Positions 24,506 through 32,000 of a DNA stretch of 32,000 nt are shown in pieces. Origin of the DNA: Demequinaceae bacterium (GTDB taxonomy: Bacteria > Actinomycetota > Actinomycetes > Actinomycetales > Demequinaceae). The DNA is taken from positions 1,350,001 to 1,382,000 of the forward strand of contig OZ252279.1 of assembly GCA_965250005.1 (NCBI GenBank), given 5' to 3'. A program made the translations under genes and the position numbers. A model generated the notes under the pieces. That model saw only the letters and a program-made list of their open reading frames with translations, was not told the DNA's origin and did no database searches. The stretch's first letter is position 1. Each line of letters starts with the position of its first letter.

Positions 24506-25729
24506 CTAGGACAAATCGTGGAGCGACTTCCACGCGCGGTCGCCGTTGCGATCAGCAGTTTTCTTGATCCGCCGTCGCTCGGTCCATGACAATGTGGCTG
24601 CCTCTATCGCAACTGCGAGCAACTGCTCGCCGCCGCCACTTCCAAAAAAGGGGTACTCGCGTGGACTCGTAGCGCCCATCACACTCTGCACGCTCACGTT
24701 CTTGTGCGAATTCGACGCCATGAACACGCATGGCACTCCGAAGCCGAGCGAAAGAATCGATGGATGGTATCGCCCCGACACGAGCGCGCGAGCATGACGC
24801 AATGCCCCTAGGCCGACACGCAACGGAACGATTGGGGGAACATACGCTCGCCGGCCCAAATCTGCGATTTCGGATAGCCAAGTGTCGGTCCTGTCGGCAG
24901 CAATAAGCGCAACGCGGAACCCGCTCGATTCGAGCGCGTGTGCCAGCTGCGCCGCTTCCTCGTTGCGGGCCGCGCGGTCTTCGATTTTCCACGAGGATCC
25001 CGAAATCGCCACATACGCGCGACGATCAGCAAAGAACTTTCGCGAACGAAAATCGAGCCCCTCGCTAGAAGGCCCAAACGAAGCCAGGTCTTTGAGACTC
25101 GCGGCGTCAACGCGGCCCGCCCAGCCAAACAATGCATCTGCCGTAGCTGTAGCTGGGATGTCTCCGAAGAGTTTCTGGTGAAGCTCGAGGCTTTGCGGGT
25201 CGCGGTAGGTGATCGACTCGCATCTGGCGAGGATTCCGCGAACTGCTCTCTTGACGACGGGGAGCGGCTCGGGTTGACTCGGCGATAGGCTGAGATTCGA
25301 GTTGACGAGACGAACGGGTTTGGCGAGGAAGCGTGCCGTTTCCATCAGCATTATCGTTCGCGCGAGCGTCGTCCGATTGCTCGCGAGGATGAAGTCGCCC
25401 TCACCGTTCATCCAGAATTCGTCGCAGTTCTTCAACGTAGAGACAATGTGTCGCTCGTCAAAGGATCTCGGATTCAGTGCAAGTTTCTTGGCGCGTGCCC
25501 GCGCGTTCCCGAATCCAACGCGCGCACCTGGCTCACCGACAGTCGCAGATATAGCGCCCGGTTCAGTTTCGAACGGATTTGTATTGAAAACGCCATTGAG
25601 CGGCGACGCTAGCGCGCGACTCGGAGACGCGTCAACGATCTCGGCGAGCGCGAGACTTGTAGCCCGCCCGCCCCAATTGGGGGTCGCAGTACCGTCGTGA
25701 TACCTGCCAATGCATACTCGCGTCACCAC
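24506..25729 (-). CDS. Polysaccharide pyruvyl transferase family protein
   Basis: 407 aa; N-terminal NWGGRATSLAL and C-terminal LRHARALVSGRYHPSILSLGFGVPCVFMASNSHK, typical of this family. Confidence 0.75.
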   Translation of the reverse strand: MVTRVCIGRYHDGTATPNWGGRATSLALAEIVDASPSRALASPLNGVFNTNPFETEPGAISATVGEPGARVGFGNARARAKKLALNPRSFDERHIVSTLKNCDEFWMNGEGDFILASNRTTLARTIMLMETARFLAKPVRLVNSNLSLSPSQPEPLPVVKRAVRGILARCESITYRDPQSLELHQKLFGDIPATATADALFGWAGRVDAASLKDLASFGPSSEGLDFRSRKFFADRRAYVAISGSSWKIEDRAARNEEAAQLAHALESSGFRVALIAADRTDTWLSEIADLGRRAYVPPIVPLRVGLGALRHARALVSGRYHPSILSLGFGVPCVFMASNSHKNVSVQSVMGATSPREYPFFGSGGGEQLLAVAIEAATLSWTERRRIKKTADRNGDRAWKSLHDLS

Positions 25730-25811
25730 CTTGGAATTCTACCCACCTACACCAGCCGTCTGGAGCCAACTTTGAACCAGGCGCGGTCGAGGCGCGCAAA
25801 TTGCCCACGTG

Positions 25812-27053
25812 TCACCGTGCTGAGTCGCGCGACTTGACGCGGCGGAGCGAGTGAGCGACCCTGCGCGCCGCTACTGCCACCGGACGAAGAACTCGTGCGT
25901 GCGCCCTGCGCCACGCGCTGTCCGCATCCCCGAGCGCTCCCGCGCGCTCCTGCAGTCGCCAGATGGTGCGAATCGGCCCGTGCGAGTCGCGTGGGGCGGC
26001 TGCAAGACCGTTGTCGCGCCGCACTCTCAGTGCTTCTCTCAACTGGTCGATCCAGTCATTCTCCGCCATGCCGTGAAAGTAGTTATCCGCCAGCCACTGC
26101 TCACGAGCCTTCGGAAATTCAAGATCCTTGAGTTGGTCAAGCGTTCCAAGGAATCCGCTTCGATCGAAGACCTCGTTGAGGTTTTCGACGCCTACACCGA
26201 AGTCGATGAGACATAGAACGGGCACGCCAGCTGCATGCGCTTCAAGCGCAGCCGTGGAGCTCACCGTCGCGAAGCCTCTCGCTCCGTGAAGGTAAGTTGC
26301 CAAAGCACCCTGCCGGAACACGAGGTTTCTTGGAAGAGGTGACGCGCGCTCTTCAGCCAGCACTGAGTACGGCCAGCGCTCGGCATGTGTTTGGGCTTCC
26401 CCCACTGCCCCACGCAATTTCACGACGAACTCGGTTTCCGGGTGGCGATCCGCGGCGAGGGCCAGTGTTTCGAGCACCCTGACACGGTCTCCCTTGGCGC
26501 GTGGCACCAAAGCCTGGGGAGCGAAGACCACGCGCCCGCCGGACTCCCTTCCCGTGCCACGCACTTCTCCCAAAAGGGACGCCAGGCCGACGCGGTCGAG
26601 CCGCCCAACCGGCAATTCCGCGCGAACCGCGGCGGCCTCTCGTCGACTATGTACGATCACGAGATCCGCTACACGCCGATACTTCAAGCCCTTGGCGGTA
26701 GGAGGCATCCAGATGCCCGGGATGCCCGCAACGATCACCGGTCGTAGCCGATGGTCTGGAATTGCCTCGCGCACGATGAGCGCGAGCAGCGGGCCGCGGC
26801 ACGCCAAAACCACAGCGTCAGGCGCCGCTGAAGCGAACATGCGGCGGAGGCCTATCCATGAGGCGCTCTCAACGTCGATTTGGTGACCGTGAACCGCCGC
26901 CTCGACCTGGGCTATGCTCGGCGTCACGGCGCTCGCCACCAGAATGCAACGAACGCGGAAGCCCGCGGCCCTCAAATCCCCGACACGCGCGGCGGCCCAT
27001 TTCAAGTAGGAGTCAGAGTCCGCAACAACAAGTACTTCGCCTGCATCCGCCAC
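25812..27053 (-). CDS. DUF6716-like putative glycosyltransferase (polysialyltransferase-like fold)
   Basis: 413 aa; VLVVADSDSYLKWAA, VIVAGIPGIWMPPTAKGLKYRRVADLVIVHS, VVFAPQALVPRAKGDRVRVLETLA, ATVSSTAALEAHAAGVPVLCLIDFGV. Confidence 0.7.
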   Translation of the reverse strand: MADAGEVLVVADSDSYLKWAAARVGDLRAAGFRVRCILVASAVTPSIAQVEAAVHGHQIDVESASWIGLRRMFASAAPDAVVLACRGPLLALIVREAIPDHRLRPVIVAGIPGIWMPPTAKGLKYRRVADLVIVHSRREAAAVRAELPVGRLDRVGLASLLGEVRGTGRESGGRVVFAPQALVPRAKGDRVRVLETLALAADRHPETEFVVKLRGAVGEAQTHAERWPYSVLAEERASPLPRNLVFRQGALATYLHGARGFATVSSTAALEAHAAGVPVLCLIDFGVGVENLNEVFDRSGFLGTLDQLKDLEFPKAREQWLADNYFHGMAENDWIDQLREALRVRRDNGLAAAPRDSHGPIRTIWRLQERAGALGDADSAWRRAHARVLRPVAVAARRVAHSLRRVKSRDSAR

Positions 27054-27221
27054 GGGATCAACTTACCGCGCGAAAGGCGCATCGCATGCATTTCGCTTGA
27101 CCTGCGTTGACCTTCAGCCCTCACGCCCAGTCTGGCTCCCCAATCTGCGAACTCTTCAGGAAAACTCTCGATACTTCCAATTCGGAGTGAGAACCAGACC
27201 CACGACGGTTCACCCGGCCGC

Positions 27222-29330
27222 CTAATCGAGCGCTCCGGCGCTTGTTAGCGCCTCATGCAAGTATGGAGCGAGCGTCGACGCAAACGTCCGGGTGAGATGG
27301 CTGCTGGTGTCCCGATAAACAACGACAGAGCCAATGACGCTCGGACACCAGTCATCCACGCACATCAATCCATTCAGATCTACCGCGAATGCGCCATCCA
27401 CGCGTTCAGTCGCAGGTGTCAAATAGTCTGGACGGGAGAGCGCGCCAGCAGGACTGCGTCCACAATCACCTGCAAGTCCATCACTATTCGCGACGCATTC
27501 AATGTCTTCCTTGCGCACCTGTGGGCTATCGAGAATGACCGCCACGGACGTTCCTCGCGCAGTAAGCGCTGCATACCGCCGCGCGAACCCATCCACCGCG
27601 ACCTCCGCCGAAGGTTCACCGTCATCATCAAGGAACTGGTGATTTGCGATTGCGGATGTCACCACGACATTTGGCGGGTCATGCAACGACAACCACACCA
27701 TGACGTCGTCATTCCACTGCGCGCAACTCGGCCCGTATTCCTCGCTCTTGTTCCGATTCGCTGCAGAGGTAAAACCACACGCAGCCTTGTACAGGACCGT
27801 CAAGCGCCATCCGTGTTCGTCCGCCAGCGCCTCGAGAGTGGGGGCCCACTGAACTGCGTGCGAGTCTCCCACCAGCACGACCCAGAAGTCTGAGTCAGTA
27901 TCACCAAGCTCACACGGTTTCACTTCCGCGCGCGTGGGTTCAGTGCGGCACTCGTCGCGAAACGCCTCCGGTATGTCGACCCCGACGGCAGCACGCGGCG
28001 GACTGACCGACTCCCACTCGACGGTTGCACAAACATCCCGCAGGGCAGGATCAAGGCTTGGCGCACCAAAACACATGGCTTCAAGCCCATCTCCAATTAC
28101 CTCTGCGTGCGCTAGAACCGCGTTCCGCTGAGAATTGACATACATCCACCCGGCGCCCGCGAGAACCCCCACACTCGCCATGCCAGCCAACGCGGCCACA
28201 TAAACCGGCCATACCCTGGTTTCTTCACGCCGCCTGGAGTGGCGAAACCGATCTTCAACGAGAACTCTTGTCGCCCCCGCAACAAGAACTGTCGCGGACA
28301 TGATCGCAATCTTGTCACCAAACTGGAGGTCACGATTCGACACAAACGGAACTAGGACAATTAGGGGCCAATGCCACAAATAGATACTGTACGAGGCGTC
28401 ACCGACCCATTGCACCGCGCGATTCCGATACACGCGATCTGGGGAATATGCGCCTGTTGGATCGAGCGCAGCGATGACCATGAGGGCTCCGGCCACAGGC
28501 AACGCCGCGGCCACGCCAGGAAACGGCGTGCCTGAGGTGAACCACACGCTCGACGCAAGAATCGTCGCGAGGCCCACCCACGATACAAGAACGGCTGTCT
28601 TTGGCCCGAACTGCCTCTGAGAGAGGCCGATAGCAAGAATGCCTCCCGCGGCGAATTCCCATGCGCGCGTGAATGGCGAGAAATAGGCAAGGGCGGGTGA
28701 GGTTGCAGTCAAATAGACGCTATAGCTGAAAGAAAGGGCGACAACGCCAACTAGTAAGATGGTCGGCCCGTGCAATGCCGTTGCCCGAGAGATGCGCCGC
28801 GTTGCGAACGCTGCGAACACGAGCAATAGAGGCCATGCGAGATAGAATTGCTCCTCTACAGCCAGCGACCAGAAATGTTGAACAGGTGAAGACAAGTTGT
28901 CAGCGGCGAGATAGTCAACAGCGGCGCCAGCGAGGAGCCAGTTTTCGTAGTACGCGCCCGCCGCGAGAAACTCTTCCATGAACTGTCGCCAATAAGCCTG
29001 TGGAACGACGAGCAGTGCTAAGGCAGTCGACGAAAGCACCGTGAGCAATGACGCCGGAACGAGTCGACGTATACGTCGCGCCCAGAAGCGCGAGAATCGA
29101 ATTGTCCCGGTCTGAGTTTGCTCGCGCAGGAGGTGTGCGCTGATCAAGTACCCAGAAATTACGAAGAAGACGTCCACGCCAATGTACCCTCCCGGCAACC
29201 TGGCGGGCCAAAGGTGGTACAGAACAACGAGAATCACGGCGAGGGCTCGCAACGCCTGCACGTTGACGAGCTGGCGAGTCGCCGACGGATCGACAAACGC
29301 TGTAGTACCTCGCGGGAGTTGAGTACTCAA
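27222..29330 (-). CDS. OafA/YrhL-like acyltransferase with C-terminal SGNH hydrolase-like domain
   Basis: 702 aa; NVQALRALAVILVVLYHLWPARLPGGYIGVDVFFVISGYL, multiple TM, then VVLVGDSHAVQW and DWCPS. Confidence 0.93.
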   Translation of the reverse strand: MSTQLPRGTTAFVDPSATRQLVNVQALRALAVILVVLYHLWPARLPGGYIGVDVFFVISGYLISAHLLREQTQTGTIRFSRFWARRIRRLVPASLLTVLSSTALALLVVPQAYWRQFMEEFLAAGAYYENWLLAGAAVDYLAADNLSSPVQHFWSLAVEEQFYLAWPLLLVFAAFATRRISRATALHGPTILLVGVVALSFSYSVYLTATSPALAYFSPFTRAWEFAAGGILAIGLSQRQFGPKTAVLVSWVGLATILASSVWFTSGTPFPGVAAALPVAGALMVIAALDPTGAYSPDRVYRNRAVQWVGDASYSIYLWHWPLIVLVPFVSNRDLQFGDKIAIMSATVLVAGATRVLVEDRFRHSRRREETRVWPVYVAALAGMASVGVLAGAGWMYVNSQRNAVLAHAEVIGDGLEAMCFGAPSLDPALRDVCATVEWESVSPPRAAVGVDIPEAFRDECRTEPTRAEVKPCELGDTDSDFWVVLVGDSHAVQWAPTLEALADEHGWRLTVLYKAACGFTSAANRNKSEEYGPSCAQWNDDVMVWLSLHDPPNVVVTSAIANHQFLDDDGEPSAEVAVDGFARRYAALTARGTSVAVILDSPQVRKEDIECVANSDGLAGDCGRSPAGALSRPDYLTPATERVDGAFAVDLNGLMCVDDWCPSVIGSVVVYRDTSSHLTRTFASTLAPYLHEALTSAGALD

Positions 29331-29339
29331 GCGCCAAAC

Positions 29340-31685
29340 CTAGCTTCGCGTGCGTGCAGACTCGATCACATCGGCAATGCGCGAGTTTGCGGCATTGACC
29401 ACATTCCACAAGTCGCGCCTGGCTTCCACGACCTGCTGTTCATAGGTGTCCGGCGCTTCAATGATGCTCGCAACCAAAACCGACAGCCTGGCGCCGAACT
29501 CTGGGTCCGTAGCCTCGAGACCCCACTCCAGATGTCCAACGTCCTCAAGAAAATATCGCAGCTTTGCGTGCGAAATGACGCTGACGATCGGAGTCCCAAC
29601 CCCGAACGGAATCATTCCCGCGTGGCCACGCATACCCACCACGACCGCGGCGCGCTCAATCATGCCCAGCGCCTCCGACGGATCGATACCGTAGATGGGA
29701 TCTACCGGGAGGCGGACGTCGTGCATCCGACGCAGGTCGTACACAATGCGCTCATCAGTATTCGCGTGCGCGAGGCAGCGCACGTCTGCCTTGGTTTCAA
29801 ACGCTTCCACGAATTCCGCGAGCTGGGCGACGAAGTCTTCGTATAGCTCACCGAAACGAAGAGACGCGCGATCGAACGCAATATTCACGTACACCACTGG
29901 CTTGGCCAGGTCATTGCCTACAACGGCGGGACGGGCTGCCTGTAATGCATGGACCGTCGTCACGCACGGCAGAAACTCGATCTTTGCCGCAAGCTTTTTC
30001 CCAACAACCTTCTTGACCGCCTTGACGGAGCCATGGTTCCTCAGTCCAACGAAGGCTGCTTTCTGGACGAGCTTCGACACGGAGTCCTCGAACCGGACTC
30101 CGTAGAAGGACTGTCCCGGGAATAGGTTGAACCCCACGGTGTAGACGATGATCGGAATCTCGAGCGCGTCAAGCGCCGCATCAGTCACATTCCACTGCCA
30201 TCCGCTATTGCCATTCGGCGACGTGTCCGGCAAGAAAAGGCCGCCGCCACCTATCACGATCGCGTCGAGATTCTTGTTGGCCCAAAGTGCACGGTCCTCA
30301 TCAAAGATCTGATGCGCATGGATGGAGGACCAGCGGGCGTCGGGAACCACCGTCTCGATTGATGTCCGCACTGCGATGGGGAGCATCACGTCGCCGAAGT
30401 TGCCCTCGTCATCGACGTAGAAAGCTACGTGCCCTATCGCCGCGCCACTGCCTTCAGGCACGAGGCCATCGGTCAGGCGCGACTGCGCGATTCGCGAGAG
30501 CACTAGCCGCGCCTTCCGCTGAGTCGGGTCGCGCGTGAGCGCTGACAGAGCAGCTTCTTCAGCAGCATCGTAATCTCGATAAACCCACTGCAAGTCGGCC
30601 AGTCGCGAACGCGCTGCCGGGCCAATCTGACGCTGGTCCATTGCGAGAGTCAGCGCCAACTCCGCGTTAGCGCGCTTGGACAGCGCCTGTTGATTGGCGG
30701 CAAGAGCCACAAACGACGATCCAGAAACCACTTGGGCTGTCGCGACGTGCAAACGAAGTGCCGTTTCCGCTGTTGCGAAATCGCCATCACGACCGTACCG
30801 CCCCGATGCTGCACGCGGGTCGCCAAGATCCTCGTCGCGGAGCGATGCGAACGGAGCCGACATGTCCGCATAGAACTTCCGAATCCTCGATTTCTTGGGC
30901 GAAATCTCGAGGTAGCGCCTCCAGAACAGCGCCGGCGCGATGTCGTACTCGTGCCACTCGTCTTCCGCGGCAGCGTAACCCGCCTCGCCGCCGCTCCATG
31001 GCTTGGTGGAGCCCGTAAAGTGCAAGATCCGGGTGTCTGCTGGCGGCTTCTGCCCCAGCTTAACCGCGCGCTTGACGAAGTTGTACTTCTTGTCGAGTTT
31101 CTCGTACTCGCCGTCGAGAACCGCAGACAACACGCCCTGGTCATGCCGCTCAAGATCGTATTCGCCTGACAGCCCGATCTCATCCATCTTCGCCACGAAC
31201 TCGTCGCTCATGGACCTACGGTCAAAGGTCATGACCCCGCTGTTGATCCGCCAGCCGCCGCGACTCTCAAAGTGCTGCGGCACCGCTCCAAAGGCCACAT
31301 CAGTGTCGACCAACTCTTTGATGTCGCCAAGGACCACCATGTCAACGTCGAGCGTGACCAAGCGGTCATAGTCGCGCACTCTGAACGCCTCAAGGATGTA
31401 GTACGCCTTCACAACGAGGTAATTTGTCAGATCACCCTTCGAGTACTTCGAGTACTGAGAGCCATCAACGCGCCGAAATACGAAGTTCGGGTACAGCAAC
31501 GAAATCCGAGCAATCGACTCGGGCTTCAAGTCGTCATAGAAGATGATGAAGTCGTGATCAACCCACGGATTCGTGAGCAATAGGCTCTTGATCAATACCT
31601 CGAACCCTTCGAGGTAGTTGTTGTCGACGTAGGACGCGAAGGCTACAGACGGCGACGATTCCGGTTGTGCGACAGCGGGCTTCAT
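29340..31685 (-). CDS. Multidomain protein: GT8-like glycosyltransferase, TPR-like middle, polysaccharide pyruvyl transferase-like C-terminus
   Basis: GT8-like VAFASYVDNNYLEGFEVLIKSLL...YDRLVTLDVDMVVLGDI, middle DYDAAEEAALSALTRDPTQRKARLVLSRIAQ, C-term GNFGDVMLPIAVR...DAIVIGGGGLFLPD...VVVGMRGHAGMIPFGVGTPIVSV. Start at 31685 chosen over 31727. Confidence 0.82.
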   Translation of the reverse strand: MKPAVAQPESSPSVAFASYVDNNYLEGFEVLIKSLLLTNPWVDHDFIIFYDDLKPESIARISLLYPNFVFRRVDGSQYSKYSKGDLTNYLVVKAYYILEAFRVRDYDRLVTLDVDMVVLGDIKELVDTDVAFGAVPQHFESRGGWRINSGVMTFDRRSMSDEFVAKMDEIGLSGEYDLERHDQGVLSAVLDGEYEKLDKKYNFVKRAVKLGQKPPADTRILHFTGSTKPWSGGEAGYAAAEDEWHEYDIAPALFWRRYLEISPKKSRIRKFYADMSAPFASLRDEDLGDPRAASGRYGRDGDFATAETALRLHVATAQVVSGSSFVALAANQQALSKRANAELALTLAMDQRQIGPAARSRLADLQWVYRDYDAAEEAALSALTRDPTQRKARLVLSRIAQSRLTDGLVPEGSGAAIGHVAFYVDDEGNFGDVMLPIAVRTSIETVVPDARWSSIHAHQIFDEDRALWANKNLDAIVIGGGGLFLPDTSPNGNSGWQWNVTDAALDALEIPIIVYTVGFNLFPGQSFYGVRFEDSVSKLVQKAAFVGLRNHGSVKAVKKVVGKKLAAKIEFLPCVTTVHALQAARPAVVGNDLAKPVVYVNIAFDRASLRFGELYEDFVAQLAEFVEAFETKADVRCLAHANTDERIVYDLRRMHDVRLPVDPIYGIDPSEALGMIERAAVVVGMRGHAGMIPFGVGTPIVSVISHAKLRYFLEDVGHLEWGLEATDPEFGARLSVLVASIIEAPDTYEQQVVEARRDLWNVVNAANSRIADVIESARTRS

Positions 31686-31701
31686 TGCGTCTCCAAGGCC
31701 T

Positions 31702-32000
31702 CTAGCGAAGTGAAAGAACGAGGTCACTGGTTTTGGTCGCGTTCGCCATTACCCAGTCACGCTCGGCGTTGTAGTCGTGTGCGGTGGCTACGGGTAGATG
31801 CATGGCAGAGTCAAGCCGGAAGGCTCCGGACGTGTTGAAGTCGAACCCGATGAGATCGATCGCAGTGCTAACGTCCAGCAAGTCGACGAGCCGAAGCAAA
31901 TTGAACCCCGACGTCGGCACGTCCACAAGGCTCGAATCGCCTACGAGGTCCTTACCTCGCACGGGCCAGCGCAGGGTCGCATCACCGATGAAACCCTGCG
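31702..32000 (-). CDS. C-terminal fragment of a possible GT29 (sialyltransferase)-like protein; 5' end outside window
   Basis: Frame open to the edge: GDATLRWPVRGKDLVGDSSLVDVPTSGFNLLRLVDLLDVSTAIDLIGFDFN, resembling the P-[ST]-[ST]-G...GFDF pattern of sialyltransferase-like folds. Confidence 0.4.
   Translation of the reverse strand, partial: QGFIGDATLRWPVRGKDLVGDSSLVDVPTSGFNLLRLVDLLDVSTAIDLIGFDFNTSGAFRLDSAMHLPVATAHDYNAERDWVMANATKTSDLVLSLR

Noticed and set aside
29118-29846. 242-aa plus-strand ORF
   Set aside because: Antisense to the acyltransferase and GT8/pyruvyltransferase genes, without recognisable motifs.
1-32000. Toxin-antitoxin, restriction-modification or anti-phage defence module
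   Set aside because: The only small regulator is the XRE protein, whose partners are membrane proteins rather than toxin-like ORFs. No nuclease, methyltransferase, reverse transcriptase or other defence-type effector motifs were seen.

Overview
This is a GC-rich actinobacterial-type chromosomal segment with no convincing phage, transposon or CRISPR signature. From left to right it contains: a truncated quinone-oxidoreductase-like gene; a divergent class V aminotransferase/LysR pair; an FKBP lipoprotein; a probable operon of three tandem paralogous small membrane proteins plus an XRE regulator, followed by a zinc-type oxidoreductase, a DUF4386-like protein and an MMPL transporter; an aldose-1-epimerase-like gene; a cluster of three DUF4190-type genes, the middle one apparently broken by a frameshift and an in-frame TAA; a DivIVA-like protein; a tRNA-Gly(CCC); a CopD/CtaG-type protein; a membrane protein with a histone-H1-like Lys/Ala/Pro tail and a parS-like 16-mer just upstream; an MFS exporter; a branched-chain 2-oxoacid dehydrogenase-type operon (E1a/E1b/E2) with a double palindrome upstream; and the edge of a surface-polysaccharide locus (two pyruvyltransferase-like proteins, a DUF6716-like glycosyltransferase, an OafA-like acyltransferase, a truncated GT29-like ORF). 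The best candidate for an undescribed system is the three-paralog membrane cassette with its own XRE regulator and a promoter/operator array. The membrane protein with an H1-like tail beside a parS-like site is a more speculative second candidate. All calls come from reading the sequence and supplied ORFs; no database search was run.
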